From positions 38,130,001-38,194,000 of the forward strand of contig OZ296650.1 of assembly GCA_965655095.1 (NCBI GenBank): DNA of 64,000 nt, written 5' to 3'. Origin of the DNA: Haplodiscus bocki. Its lineage: Eukaryota. Positions 28,887-44,470 of this stretch are shown here, in pieces (position 1 is the first letter of the stretch; each line of letters opens with the position of its first letter). The notes below the pieces were generated by a model. That model made no database searches. It worked only from the letters and a program-made list of their open reading frames with translations, and was not told where the DNA came from. The position numbers and the translations under genes were made by a program.

Positions 28887-29426
28887 CTTGTTGCTTCACT
28901 GACTAGATGACATTGGCAGAGCATACAAATAGCATGAGTAATGATAACTGCGATAAAGTACGATTTTCCCTCTAAAAGTACCATGTTTTTCAGCCATTGC
29001 AGCCTGTTTTCCGAAGGCCAGAACTTTTTGACTGTCAAAAAGAAACGTTCAGCAGGGCTAATAACAACCTCGGGCAAAATATTTACAATTAAAATAGTTC
29101 CAATGGACCAATAAGTGAGGTAAGTGTCCCAATGTTAATGAAAGCAGAGGCGATTCACGAAAAGGAGTGGTTTTAACGTTTTAGTAACTTTTCCGACGAG
29201 ACAGTTTTCGCAATAAACACACCCCTTACCAATGCTTGTGCTTCACATTGGCAAACATACCACAGCACTTGAAAAAAGTTAGAAGTGCCAACGGAAAAGA
29301 TTCACTTTACTTCAGAGAAAAACAAAAGGGCGCGAAAAATTGAGTATACCAGAGAAAGGCGTATCACCAGTAGTGTCAAAAAACTTCGCGTTTTTATCAA
29401 ATTCAACAGGAAGTATGGATTTGAAT

Positions 29427-32400
29427 ACCAATGAAGTACAAAACGAAGTATCGAACCAAAATTACAAGTTGGACAAGCTCTGCTCTCTTATTGAGAAACT
29501 GTTCACGTTAATGGTTGAGAACAATCTCCGCCGTCCAAAAATACGTAAATGAGGAGAACGCAAAAATGACTTATGCAATCCAAGCAGTGAAAGAACAAAA
29601 CGAGTGGCAGAATCATGAGAAAAAAACATGCCAAAATTAAGCTCAAAATAAATATAGTGTGCTAGGCTTGAAAATACAGTCCTTGAGATTCGATCATACA
29701 GAATTATTATTGCCTCTTAAAACTCTCCTGAATAAACCTGAAGCCATAATGGTAACTGAATCATGGCGTACTGAAAATGATCCAATAACAAAACTAGATA
29801 TCAACAGTTATCAGCACATTAAATAAAACACAAGATAAGGTATGAAGCGAAGATCAGGTGGTGTAGCATTGTATTTTAAGGGAGGCATAGAGTACTACAC
29901 AATAATAGAATTCGAGACAAACATTGAGCGCTCAATTTGTCGAGCGGTACTGGAAAATAAAGTCACAAAAAAGTTTCTGCGTAATCTAGAGACCTCAATA
30001 ATTGAAACTGAATTCAAATTTTTGTAAAAGTGGAAAACTTACGGCATTTTTTGAGATCTTTGAATGAAGTCTGATTTTTGGTGAATTTAACAAAGACACT
30101 TTCAAAAATGAAAACAACCATATAAGAGTATGATAACTTATTGGGGGCATGGTTTCGAAATAAAAAATTTCTTACCACGAAGAGTAACCCCAACATCAAA
30201 GAAATGTATTGATTATATGACTGCAACTGAAGAACACAGAATAGAAACTCTGGAAATAACCAAAACTGACCATTTTGCCCTGACTGCTGAACTAACGTTC
30301 ACGTTGAAAAAGTGCAAACCAACTGCACCTGTTAAAAAACGCGATTCCTAAATAATCCTAAAGGAAAAAAAGCATTAAACCTTTTAGCTGGAACAACAAA
30401 TGGAAATTATGATGACGTGAATGCTGATTCGTATATGGCTGCACTGTCGAAAACTATTATAAACTATTTGCACAAATAAGCTGCGGAGAAATGTTTAGCA
30501 CTTTCTGTAAAACACATACTGCAAGTTGGATAACCAATAAAAGAAAGAATGCCATTGTAAGAGATTGCCTGTTTAAACAATGGATGGGAAACCCTGATGA
30601 AGCGAATAGATTGTTATATAAAGTCTCGTAATATTGTGACAACAATGATTCGATAAGAAAAAGAAGCGAATACAAATTTCGTAAGCTCCGCAAAAATCCA
30701 ACCCCGAAACAGATCTACGAAACATTAAAAAACCAACAACTCACAAAATGACGACTTGAAACAATTACCGGACCTTGAAAAACTTGACAATTTTTTTCGT
30801 ATATGTAGGCCCAACATTGGCAAACAAGATCAAAAGTTGGTCCAATGTATGGAAAATTGAAAAACTGCAGTTTTCAATGGTACTGCAACCAACAAGCCAA
30901 CAAAAAAATTGCAAAATTTCAGGTCAAATGAAAAACAAAAAAGTGCTGGCTACATTGGAATCTCAAACGAAATCCTAAAATGTTGTTGCCAATTGTCGAA
31001 CAAAATCTTTCAAAAGTCATTAACAAATGCATCTTAGGAAATATTCCCTGACTGCTTGAAAGAAACAAAAGTATTGCCGTTACATAGAAGAAGCGATAAA
31101 AATCAACCTGGTAATTACAGACGGATCGGTTAACTGAGTCCATTGAGTAAAGTTTTCCAAAAAGTTCTTTTGAAGCGAATGATAAAGTCTTGCGACAAAC
31201 ATGAAATAATTTCAAGCATCCAGTCCGATTTCAGACCTAAAACATCTTGCATCCATAATTGCAACTGTAAGAGTATATCAGAATTGAAATTGACAACAAA
31301 ATCAACAGGTCAAGCGTGCTTCATTGATCTTATTAAGGCATTTGATACGATTAACTATAAGATCTCACCAAAGAAAATTAGAAGCTTACGTCTTCAGAGG
31401 TAAATTTATGAAACTTTTCGAAAATTACCTCCAAAACCGATAACAATATATCAACATTATTGATAAGTCATCGAGTGAAAAAGCTATTGAATGTGGTCTA
31501 CCTCAAGGGTCAGTATTCGGATCTTTTCTATTCCTTTAATACATAAATGATCTTAGTACTACTCGCTCTGAAAGCAAAGTAACGTTGTTGGTAGATGACA
31601 CTACGGTTATCAATGCTGGTAAAAGAATCGACTCCGTAGTCGGCAAGGACATTAAAAAATGACCATGTGGTTTGGCAAAAGCAAATTGACTTTCAATGCT
31701 GATAAATGTGAAGCCATTCACTTCTGTAGAAGCCGACCCGAAACTATAGTAATGAAATATCAATAACTGGATTACAAATCAACTTGCAAATATGCTGGAC
31801 TTCACATTGATGAAATACCTAGCATTCAGAGACCACATAGACCACGTTGTAAAAAAACAACAACTTTTGCGGTTTATTTATCATGTGCGACATTTGTATC
31901 CGAGAAAGTGCCTATTTATGTTTTATAATTCGTTTGCAGAATCGATAATGACGTATGAAATCGATAATGACGTATGGTCTACTTATTTACGGAAAATTAG
32001 CGAATTCAAACTTAGCAAACATCGATAATGTTCAGAGACGAAGTCTTCGTGCTATATTCTTCAAAAAAAATACTATTCAATGCAGCAAATGATGTTCCGA
32101 AACAAAATTAACACGATGGATGAGTTGTTCATCTAGGAGGTTGTACATAAAGTTTTCGGAGAACTCAGATTAGAGTCAGTCGCCATTGATATTGTTGAAT
32201 TTTGAAGAAAAATTAATGTTTTAGTGAGAAACAAGGTGGAACTCGAAGGGCTCTTCCCGCTAATTATTGCGAGAACTATGAAGAAAAAATAGTTTTCGGC
32301 AAACTCTTTGATGAAGCCTATAATTGGCTGAAAGAGTTAAACCTCACTTCTTCCCTAATAAAAAGGATGACTGTACGACAGTTAAAAAACACCAGAATCT

Positions 32401-32654
32401 AATCTTATGATTTAAACATGGTTGACATTGAGGATCTGTTTTGCTTATATTACCAGAAAATTCTATTTCTCGAGACAGTCTGATGTGCTTTTACAATATT
32501 TTGATACTGAGCAATGTTTGGCTAATTTACTTCCAGGGGCGCAGGCATTAAGAGCAATTATGCTCACTTTGCGTCCTAATTGGGTGTGATTTGATAAAAT
32601 CTCCGAAAAGATTGGTTATGTATCTATACCCCACCGGATTAACTATTTCTATTT
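29427..32654 (+). mobile_element. Array unit 8: 5'-truncated dead LINE
   Basis: Partner of unit 4 at +15,033. Confidence 0.88.
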
Positions 32655-33194
32655 CTTGTTGCTTCACTGACTAGATGACATTGGCAGAGCATACAAATAG
32701 CATGAGTAATGATAACTGGGATAAAGTACGATTTTCCCTCTAAAAGTACCATGTTTTTCAGCCATTGCAGCCTGTTTTCCGAAGGCCAGAACTTTTTGAC
32801 TGTCAAAAAGAAACGTTCAGCAGGGCTAATAACAACCTCGGGCAAAATATTTACAATTAAAATAGTTCCAATGGACCAATAAGTGAGGTAAGTGTCCCAA
32901 TGTTAATGAAAGCAGAGGCGATTCACGAAAAGGAGTGGTTTTAACGTTTTCGTAACTTTTCCGACGAGACAGTTTTCGCAATAAACACACCCCTTACCAA
33001 TGCTTGTGCTTCACATTGGCAAACATACCACAGCACTTGAAAAAAGTTAGAAGTGCCAACGGAAAAGATTCACTTTACTTCAGAGAAAAACAAAAGGGCG
33101 CGAAAAATTGAGTATACCAGAGAAAGGCGTATCACCAGTAGTGTCAAAAAACTTCGCGTTTTTATCAAATTCAACAGGAAGTATGGATTTGAAT

Positions 33195-36100
33195 ACCAAT
33201 GAAGTACAAAACGAAGTATCGAACCAAAATTACAAGTTGGACAAGCTCTGCTCTCTTATTGAGAAACTGTTCACGTTAATGGTTGAGAACAATCTCCGCC
33301 GTCCAAAAATACGTAAACGAGGAGAACGCAAAAATGACTTATGCAATCCAAGCAGTGAAAGAACAAAACGAGTGGCAGAATCATGAGAAAAAACATGCCA
33401 AAGTTAAGCTCAAAATAAATGTAGTGCGGTAGGCTTGAATATGCAGTCCTTGAGATTCGATCATACAGAATTAATAATGCCTCTTGAAACTCTCCTGAAT
33501 AAACCTGAAGCCATAATGCTATCTGAAACATGCCGGACTGAAAATGATCCAATAACAAAACTAGATATCAACGGTTATCAGCACATTAAATCAAACACAA
33601 GATAAGGTATGAAGCGAAGATCAGGTGGTGTAGCATTCTATTTTAAGGGAGGCATAGAGTACTACACAATAATAGAAATCGAGACAAACATTGAGTGCTC
33701 AATTTGTCGAGCGGTACTGGAAAATAAAGTCACAAAAAAGTTTCTGCGTAATCTAGAGACCTCAACATTTGAAACTGAATTCAAATTTTTGTAAAAGTGG
33801 AAAACTTACGGCATTTTTTGAATTCTTTGAATGAAGTCTGATTTTTGGCGAATTTACAAGAGACACTTTCAAAATTGAAAAAAACCATTTAAGAGTATGA
33901 TAACTTATTGGGGCATGGTTTCGAAATGAAAAATTTCTTACCAAGAAGAGTAACCCCAACATCAAAGAAATGTATTGATTATATGACTGCAACTGAAGAA
34001 CACAGAATAGAAACTCTGGAAATAACCAAAACTGACCATTTTGCCCTGACTGCTGAACAAACGTTCACGTTGAAAAAGTGCAAACTAACTGCACCTGTTA
34101 AAAAACGCGATTCCTAAATAATCCTAAAGGAAAAAAGAATTAAACCTTTTAGCTGGAACAACAATTGGAAATTATGATGACGTGAATGCTGATTCGTATA
34201 TGGCTGCACTGTCGAAAACTATTATAAACTGTGTGGACAAATAAGCTCCGGAGAAATGTTTAGCACTTTCTGTAAAACACATACTGCAAGTTGGATAACC
34301 AATAAAATAAAGAATGCCATTGTAAGAGATTGCCTGTTTAAGCAATGGATGGGAAACCCTGATGAAGCGAATAGATTGTTATATAAAGTCTCGTAATATT
34401 GTGACAACAATGATTCGATAAGAAAAAGAAGCGAATACAATTTTCGTAAGCTCCGCAAAAATCCAACCCCGAAACAGATCTACGAAACATTAAAAAACTA
34501 ACAACTCACAAAATGACGACTTGAAACAATTACCGGACCTTGAAAAACTTGACAATTTTTTTCGTATATGTAGGCCCAACATTGGCAAACAAGATCAAAA
34601 GTTGGCCCAATGTATGGAAAATTGAAAAACTGCAGTTTTCAATGGTACTGCAACCAACAAGCCAACAAAAAAAATGCAAAATTTCAGGTCAAATGAAAAA
34701 CAAAATGTGCTGGCTACATTGGAATCTCAAACGAAATCCTAAAATGTTGTTCCCCAATTGTCGAACAAAATCTTTCAAAAGTCATTAACAAATGCATCTT
34801 AGGAAATATTCCCTGACTGCTTGAAAGAAACTAAAGTATTGCCGTTACATAGAAGAAGCGATAAAAATCAACCTGGTAATTACAGACGGATCGGTTAACT
34901 GAGTCCATTGAGTAAAGTTTTCCAAAAAGTTCTTTTGAAGCGAATGATAAAGTCTTGCGACAAACATGAAATAATTTCAAGCATCCAATCCGATTTCAGA
35001 CCTAAAACATCTTGCATCCATAATTGCAACTGTAAGAGTATATCAGAATTGAAATTGACAACAAAATCAACAGGTCAAGCGTGCTTCATTGATCTTATTA
35101 GGGCATTTGATACGATTAACTATAAGATCTCACCAAAAAAATTGGAAGCTTACGGCTTCAGATGTAAATTTATGAAACTTTTCGAAAATTACCTCCAAAA
35201 CCGATTACAAAATATCAACATTATTGATAAGTCATCGAGTGAAAAAGCTATTGAATGTGGTCTACCTCAAGGGTCAGTATTCGGATCTTTTCTATTCCTT
35301 TAATACATAAATGATCTTAGTACTACTCGCTCTGAAAGCAAAGTAACGTTGTTGGTAGATGACACTACGGTTATCAATGCTGGTAAAAGAATCGACTCCG
35401 TAGTCCGCAAGGACATTAAAAATGACCATGTGGTTTGGCAAGAACAAATTGACTTTCAATGCTGATAAATGTGAAGCCAATCACTTCGGTAGAAGCCGAC
35501 CCGAAACTATAGTAATGAAATATCAATAACTGGATTACAAATCAACTTGCAAATATGCTGGAATTCACATTGATGAAATACCTAGCATTCAGAGACCACA
35601 TAGACCACGTTGTAAAAAAACAACAAATTTTGCGGTTTATTTATCATGTGCGACATTTGTATCCAAGAAAGTGCCTATTTATGTTTTATAAGTCGTTTGC
35701 AGAATCGATAATGACGTTTGAAATTGATAATGACGTATGGTCTACTCATTTACGGAAAATCAGCGAATTCAAACTTAGCAAACATCGACAAGGTTCAGAG
35801 ACGAAGTCTTCGTGCTATATTCTTCAAAAAAAATACTATTCAATGCAGCAAATGATGTTCCGAAACAAAATTAACACGATGGATGAGTTGTTCATCTAGG
35901 AGGTTGTACATAAAGTTTTCGGAGAACTCAGATTAGAGTCGCCATTGATATTGTTGAATTTTGAAGAAAAATTAATGTTTTAGTGAGAAACAAGGTGGAA
36001 TTCTAAGGGCTCTTCCCGCCAATTATTGCGAGAACTATGAAGAAAAAATAGTTTTCGGCAAACTCTTTGATGAAGCCTATAATTGGCTGAAAGAGTTAAA

Positions 36101-36413
36101 CCTCACTTCTTCCCTAATAAAAAGGATGACTGTGCGACAGTTAAAAAACACCAGAATCTAATCTTATGATTTAAACATGGTTGACATTGAGGATCTGTTT
36201 TGCTTATATTACCAGCAAATTCTATTTCTCGACACAGTCTGATGTGCTTTTTTAATATTTTGATACTGAGCAATGTTTGGCTAATTTACTTCCAGGGGCG
36301 CAGGCATTAAGAGCAATTATGCTCACTTTGCGTCCTAATTGGGTGTGATTTGATAAAATCTCCGAAAAGATTGGTTATGTATCTATACCCCACCGGATTA
36401 ACTATTTCTATTT
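33195..36413 (+). mobile_element. Array unit 9: 5'-truncated dead LINE
   Basis: Partner of unit 5 at +15,033; 3' part matches unit 11. Confidence 0.88.
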
Positions 36414-36953
36414 CTTGTTGCTTCACTGACTAGATGACATTGGCAGAGCATACAAATAGCATGAGTAATGATAACTGCGATAAAGTACGATTTTCCCTCT
36501 AAAAGTACCATGTTTTTCAGCCATTGCAGCCTGTTTTCCGAAGGCCAGAACTTTTTGACTGTCAAAAAGAAACGTTCAGCAGGGCTAATAACAACCTCGG
36601 GCAAAATATTTACAATTAAAATAGTTCCAATGGACCAATAAGTGAGGTAAGTGTCCCAATGTTAATGAAAGCAGAGGCGATTCACGAAAAGGAGTGGTTT
36701 TAACGTTTTCGTAACTTTTCCGACGAGACAGTTTTCGCAATAAACACACCCCTAACCAATGCTTGTGCTTCACATTGGCAAACATACCAGAGCACTTGAA
36801 AAAAGTTAGAAGTGCCAACGGAAAAGATTCACTTTACTTCAGAGAAAAACAAAAGGGCGCGAAAAATTGAGTATACCAGAGAAAGGCGTATCACCAGTAG
36901 TGTCAAAAAACTTCGCGTTTTTATCAAATTCAACAGGAAGTATGGATTTGAAT

Positions 36954-39900
36954 ACCAATGAAGTACAAAACGAAGTATCGAACCAAAATTACAAGTTGGA
37001 CAAGCTCTGCTCTCTTATTGAGAAACTGTTCACGTTAATGGTTGAGAACAATCTCCGCCGTCCAAAAATACGTAAATGAGGAGAACGCAAAAATGACTTA
37101 TGCAATCCAAGCAGTGAAAGAACAAAACGAGTGCCAGAATCATGAGAAAAAACATGCCAAAGTTAAGCTCAAAATAAAGGTAGTGCGCTGGGCTTGAATA
37201 TACAGTCCTTGAGATTCGATCATACAGAATTAATAATGCCTCTTGAAACTCTCCTGAATAAACCTGAAGCCATAATGCTATCTGAAACAAGCCGTACTGA
37301 AAATGATCCAATAACAAAACTAGATATCAACGGTTATCAGCACATTAAATCAAACACAAGATAAGGTATGAAGCGAAAATCAGGTGGTGTAGCACTCTAT
37401 TTTAAGGGAGGCATAGAGTACTACACAATAATAGAATTCGAGACAAACATTGAGTGCTCAATTTGTCGAGCGGTACTGGAAAATAAAGTCACAAAAAAGT
37501 TTCTGCGTAATCTAGAGACCTCAATAATTGAAACTGAATTCACATTTTTGTAAAAAAGGAAAACTTACGGCATTTTTTTAAATCTTTGAATGAAGCCTGA
37601 TTTTTGGTGAATTTACAAGAGACACTTTCAAAAATGAAAAAAAACCATATAAGAGTATGATAACTTATTGGGGGCATGGTTTCGAAATGAAAAATTTCTT
37701 ACCAAGAAGAGTAACCCCAACATCAAAGAAATGTATTGATTATATGACTGCAACTGAAGAACACAGAATAGAAACTCTGGAAATAACCAAAACTGACCAT
37801 TTTGCCCTGACTGCTGAACAAACGTTCACGTTGAAAAAGTGCAAACTAACTGCACCTGTTAAAAAACGCGATTCCTAAATAATCCTAAAGGAAAAAAAGC
37901 ATTAAACCTTTTAGCTGGAACAACAAATGGAAATTATGATGACGTGAATGCTGATTCGTATATGGCTGCACTGTCGAAAACTATTATAAACTATTTGCAC
38001 AAATAAGCTGCGGAGAAATGTTTAGCACTTTCTGTAAAACACATACTGCAAGTTGGATAACCAATAAAATAAAGAATGCCATTGTAAGAGATTGCCTGTT
38101 TAAACAATGGATGGGAAACCCTGATGAAGCGAATAGAATGTTATATAAAGTCTCGTAATATTGTGACAACAATGATTCGATAAGAAAAAGAAGCGAATAC
38201 AAGTTTCGTAAGCTCCGCAAAAATCCAACCCCGAAACAGATCTACGAAACATTAAAAAACTAACAACTCACAAAATGACGACTTGAAACAATTACCGGAC
38301 CTTGAAAAACTTGACAATTTTTTTCGTATATGTAGGCCCAACATTGGCGAACAAGATCAAAAGTTGGCCCAATGTATGGAAAATTTAAAAACTGCAGTTT
38401 TCAATGGTACTGTAACCAACAAGCCAACAAAAAAATTGCAAAATTTCAGGTCAAATGAAAAACAAAAAAGTGCTGGCTACATTGGAATCTCAAACGAAAT
38501 CCTAAAATGTTGTTCCCCAATTGTCGAACAAAATCTTTCAAAAGTCATTAACAAATGCATCTTAGGAAATATTCCCTGACTGCTTGAAAGAAACTAAAGT
38601 ATTGCCGTTACATAGAAGAAGCGATAAAAATCAACCTGGTAATTACAGACGGATCGGTTAACTGAGTCCATTGAGTAAAGTTTTCGAAAAAGTTCTTTTG
38701 AAGCGAATGATAAAGTCTTGCGACAAACATGAAATAATTTCAAGCATCCAGTCCGATTTCAGACCTAAAACATCTTGCATCCATAATTGCAACTGTAAGA
38801 GTATATCAGAATTGAAATTGACAACAAAATCAACAGGTCAAGCGTGCTTCATTGATCTTATTAAGGCATTTGATACGATTAACTATAAGATCTCACCAAA
38901 AAAATTGGAGGCTTACGGCTTCAGAGTTAAATTTATGAAACTTTTCGAAAACTACCTCCAAAACCGATTACAATATATCAACATTATTGATAAGTCATCG
39001 AGTGGAAAAGCTATTGAATGTGGTCTACCTCAAGGGTCAGTATTCGAATCTTTTCTATTCCTTTAATACATAAATGATCTTAGTACTACTCGCTCTGGAA
39101 GCAAAGTAACGTTGTTGGTAGATGACACTACGGTTATCAATGCTGGTAAAAGAATCGACTCCGTAGTCCGCAAGGACATTAAAAATGACCATGTGGTTTG
39201 GCAAGAACAAATTGACTTTCAATGCTGATGAATGTGAAGCCAATCACTTGGGTAGAAGCCGACCCGAAACTATAGTAATGAAATATCAATAACTGGATTA
39301 CAAATCAACTTGCAAATATGCTGGAATTCACATTGATGAAATACCTAGCATTCAGAGACCACATAGACCACGTTGTAAAAAAAAACAACAACTTTTGCGG
39401 TTTATTTATCATGTGCGATATTTGTATCCGAGAAAGTGACCATTTATGTTTTATATTTCGTTTGCAAAATCGATAATGACGTATGACATCGATAATGACG
39501 TATGGTCTACTTATTTACGGAAAATCAGCGAATTCAAACTTAGCAAACATCGACAATGTTCAGAGACGAAGTCTTCGTGCTATATTCTTCAAAAATACTA
39601 TTCAATGCAGCAAATGATGTTCCGAAACAAAATTAACACGATGGATGAGTTGTTCATCTAGGAGGTTGTACATAAAGTTTTCGGAGAACTCAGATTAGAG
39701 TCGCCATTGATATTGTTGAATTTTGAAGAAAAATTAATGTTTTAGTGAGAAACAAGGTGGAACTCTAAGGGCTCTTCCCGCCAATTATTGCGAGAACTAT
39801 GAAGAAAAAATAGTTTTCGGCAAACTCTTTGATGAAGCCTATAATTGGCTGAAAGAGTTAAACCTCACTTCTTCCCTAATAAAAAGGATGACTGTGCGAC

Positions 39901-40175
39901 AGTTAAAAAACGCCAGAATCTAATCTTATGATTTAAACATGGTTGACATTGAGGATCTGTTTTGCTTATATTACCAGAAAATTCTATTTCTCGAGACAGT
40001 CTGATGTGCTTTTTTAGTATTTTGATACTGAGCAATGTTTGGCTAATTTAATTCCAGGGGCGCAGGCAATAAGCGCAATTATGCTCACTTTGCGTCCTAA
40101 TTGGGTGTGATTTGATAAAATCTCCGAAAAGATTGGTTATGTATCTATACCCCACCGGATTAACTATTTCTACTT
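36954..40175 (+). mobile_element. Array unit 10: 5'-truncated dead LINE
   Basis: Partner of unit 12 at +7,517; 5' part also matches unit 6. Confidence 0.88.
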
Positions 40176-40714
40176 CTTGTTGCTTCACTGACTAGATGAC
40201 ATTGGCAGAGCATACAAATAGCATGAGTAATATAACTGGGATAAAGTACGATTTTCCCTCTAAAAGTACCATGTTTTTCAGCCATTGCAGCCTGTTTTCC
40301 GAAGGCCAGAACTTTTTGACTGTCAAAAAGAAACGTTCAGCAGGGCTAATAACAACCTCGGGCAAAATATTTACAATTAAAATAGTTCCAATGGACCAAT
40401 AAGTGAGGTAAGTGTCCCAATGTTAATGAAAGCAGAGGCGATTCACGAAAAGGAGTGGTTTTAACGTTTTCGTAATTTTTCCGACGAGACAGTTTTCGCA
40501 ATAAACACACCCCTTACCAATGCTTGTGCTTCACATTGGCAAACATACCACAGCACTTGAAAAAAGTTAGAAGTGCCAACGGAAAAGATTCACTTTACTT
40601 CAGAGAAGAACAAAAGGGCGAGAAAAATTGAGTATACCAGAGAAAGGCGTATCACCAGTAGTGTCAAAAAACTTCGCGTTTTTATCAAATTCAACAGGAA
40701 GTATGGATTTGAAT

Positions 40715-43700
40715 ACCAATGAAGTACAAAACGAAGTATCGAACCAAAATTACAACTTGGACAAGCTCTGCTCTCTTATTGAGAAACTGTTCAAGTTAAT
40801 GGTTGAGAACAATCTCCGCCGTCCAAAAATACGTAAATGAGGAGAACGCAAAAATGACTTATGCAATCCAAGCAGTGAAAGAACAAAACGAGTGGCAGAA
40901 TCATGAGAAAAAACATGCCAAAGTTGAGCTCAAAATAAATGTAGTGCGCTAGGCTTGAATATACAGTCCTTGAGATTCGATCATACAGAATTAATATTGC
41001 CTCTTGAAACTCTCCTGAATAAACCTGAAGCCATAATGCTATCTGAAACATGCCGTACTGAAAATGATCCAATAACAAAACTAGATATCAACGGTTATCA
41101 GCACATTAAATCAAACACAAGATAAGGTATGAAGCGAAAATCAGGTGGTGTAGCACTCTATTTTAAGGGAGGCATACTACACAATAATAGAATTCGAGAC
41201 AAACATTGAGTGCTCAATTTGTCGAGCGGTACTGGAAAATAAAGTCACAAAAAAGTTTCTGCGTAATCTAGAGACGTCAATAATTGAAACTGAATTCGAA
41301 GTTTTGTAAAAGTGGAAAACTTACGGCATTTTTTGAATTCTTTGAATGAAGTCCGATTTTTGGTGAATTTACCAGAGACACTTTCAAAAATGAAAAAAAC
41401 CATATAAGAGTATGATAACTTATTGGGGGCATGGTTTCGAAATGAAAAATTTCTTACCAAGAAGAGTAACCCCAACACCAAAGAAATGTATTGATTATAT
41501 GACTGCAACTGAAGAACACAGAATAGAAACTCTGGAAATAACCAAAACTGACCATTTTGCCCTGACTGCTGAACTAACGTTCACGTTGAAAAAGTGCAAA
41601 CTAACTGCACCTGTTAAAAAACGCGATTCCTAAATAATCCTAAAGGAAAAAAGAATTAAACCTTTTAGCTGGAACAACAATTGGAAATTATGATGACGTG
41701 AATGCTGATTCGTATATGGCTGCACTGTCGAAAACTATTAAAAAACTGTGTGGACAAATGAGCTCCGGAGAAATGTTTAGCACTTTCTGTAAAACACATA
41801 CTGCAAGTTGGATAACCAATAAAATAAAGAATGCCATTGTAAGAGATTGCCTGTTTAAACAATGGATGGGAAACCCTGATCAAGCGAAAAGATTGTTATA
41901 TAAAGTCTCGTAATATTGTGACAACAATGATTCGATAAGAAAAAGGAGCGAAAAGAATTTTCGTAAGCTCCGCAAAAATCCAACCCCGAAACAGATCTAC
42001 GAATTATTAAAAACTGACAACTCACAAAATGACGACTTGAAACAATTACCGGACCTTGAAAAACTTGAAGACTTTTTTAATATCTGTAGGCCCAACATTG
42101 GCAAACAAGATCAAAAGTTGGCCCAATGTATGACAAGTTGAAAAACTGCAGTTTTCAATGGTACTGCAACCAACAAACGAACAAAAAAATTGCAAAATTT
42201 CAGGTCAAATGAAAAACAAAAAAGTGTGGCTACATTGGAATCTCAAACGAAATCCTAAAATGTTGCTGCCAATTGTCGAACAAAATCTTTCAAAAGTCAT
42301 TAACAAATGCATCTTAAGAAATATTCCCTGACGGCTTGAAAGAAACTAAAGTATTGCCGTTACATAGAAGAAGCGATAAAAATCAACCTGGTAATTACAG
42401 ACGGATCGGTAAACTGAGTCCATTGAGTAATGTTTTCGAAAAAGTTCTTTTGAAGCGAATGATAAAGTCTTGCGACAAACATGAAATAATTTCAAGCATC
42501 CAGTCCGATTTCAGACCTAAAACATCTTGCATCCATAATTGCAACTGTAAGAGTATATCAGAATTGAAATTGACAACAAAATCAACAGGTCAAGCGTGCT
42601 TCATTGATCTTATTAAGGCATTTGATTCGATTAACTATAAGATCTCACCATAAAAAATTAGAAGCTTACGGCTTCAGAGGTAAATTTATGAAACTTTTCG
42701 AAAACTACCTCCAAAACCGATTACAATATATCAACATTATTGATAAGTCATCGAGTGAAAAAGCTATTGAATGTGGTCTACCTCAAGGGTCAGTATTCGG
42801 ATCTTTTCTATTCCTTTAATACATAAATGATCTTAGTACTACTCGCTCTGAAAGCAAAGTAACGTTGTTGGTAGATGACACTACGGTTATCAATGCTGGT
42901 AAAAGAATCGACTCCGTAGTCCGCAAGGACATTAAAAATGACCATGTGGTTTGGCAAGAACAAATTGACTTTCAATGCTGATAAATGTGAAGCCAATCAC
43001 TTCGGTAGAAGCCGACCCGAAACTATAGTAATGAAATATCAATAACTGGATTACAAATCAACTTGCAAATATGCTGGAATTCACATTGATGAAATACCTA
43101 GCATTCAGAGACCACATAGACCACGTTGTAGAAAAAACAACAACTTTTGCGGTTTATTTATCATGTGCGACATTTGTATCCAAGAAAGTGCCTATTTATG
43201 TTTTATAAGTCGTTTGCAGAATCGATAATGACGTTTGAAATTGATAATGACGTATGGTCTACTCATTTACGGAAAATCAGCGAATTCAAACTTAGCAAAC
43301 ATCGACAAGGTTCAGAGACGAAGTCTTCGTGCTATATTCTTCAAAAAAAATACTATTCAATGCAGCAAATGATGATCCGAAACAAAATTAACACGATGGA
43401 TGAGTTGTTCATCTAGGAGGTTGTACATAAAGTTTTCGGAGAACTCAGATTAGAGTCGCCATTGATATTGTTGAATTTTGAAGAAAAATTAATGTTTTAG
43501 TGAGAAACAAGGTGGAACTCTAAGGGCTCTTCCCGCCAATTATTGCGAGAACTATGAAGAAAAAATAGTTTTCGGCAAACTCTTTGATGAAGCCTATAAT
43601 TGGCTGAAAGAGTTAAACCTCACTTCTTCCCTAATAAAAAGGATGACTGTGCGACAGTTAAAAAACACCAGAATCTAATCTTATGATTTAAACATGGTTG

Positions 43701-43930
43701 ACATTGAGGATCTGTTTTGCTTATATTACCAGCAAATTCTATTTCTCGACACAGTCTGATGTGCTTTTTTAATATTTTGATACTGAGCAATGTTTGGCTA
43801 ATTTACTTCCAGGGGCGCAGGCATTAAGAGCAATTATGCTCACTTTGCGTCCTAATTGGGTGTGATTTGATAAAATCTCCGAAAAGATTGGTTATGTATC
43901 TATACCCCACCGGATTAACTATTTCTATTT
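40715..43930 (+). mobile_element. Array unit 11: 5'-truncated dead LINE
   Basis: GGCATACTAC 5-bp deletion shared with unit 13 (+7,516). Confidence 0.88.
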
Positions 43931-44470
43931 CTTGTTGCTTCACTGACTAGATGACATTGGCAGAGCATACAAATAGCATGAGTAATGATAACTGCGATAA
44001 AGTACGATTTTCCCTCTAAAAGTACAATGTTTTTCAGCCATTGCAGCCTGTTTTCCGAAGGCCAGAACTTTTTGACTGTCAAAAAGAAACGTTCAGCAGG
44101 GCTAATAACAACCTCGGGCAAAATATTTACAATTAAAATAGTTCCAATGGACCAATAAGTGAGGTAAGTGTCCCAATGTTAATGAAAGCAGAGGCGATTC
44201 ACGAAAAGGAGTGGTTTTAACGTTTTCGTAACTTTTCCGACGAGACAGTTTTCGCAATAAACACACCCCTTACCAATGCTTGTGCTTCACATTGGCAAAC
44301 ATACCAGAGCACTTGAAAAAAGTTAGAAGTGCCAACGGAAAAGATTCACTTTACTTCAGAGAAAAACAAAAGGGCGCGAAAAATTGAGTATACCAGAGAA
44401 AGGCGTATCACCAGTAGTGTCAAAAAACTTCGCGTTTTTATCAAATTCAACAGGAAGTATGGATTTGAAT

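Larger units (their letters stand above)
8450..38065 (+). repeat. 4-unit higher-order repeat, period 15,033-15,035 bp (about 2 copies)
   Basis: Diagnostic indels and ORF variants pair at this offset: 8600/23635, 11061/26096, 14809/29842, 18576/33609, 22333/37368. Ends approximate. Confidence 0.9.
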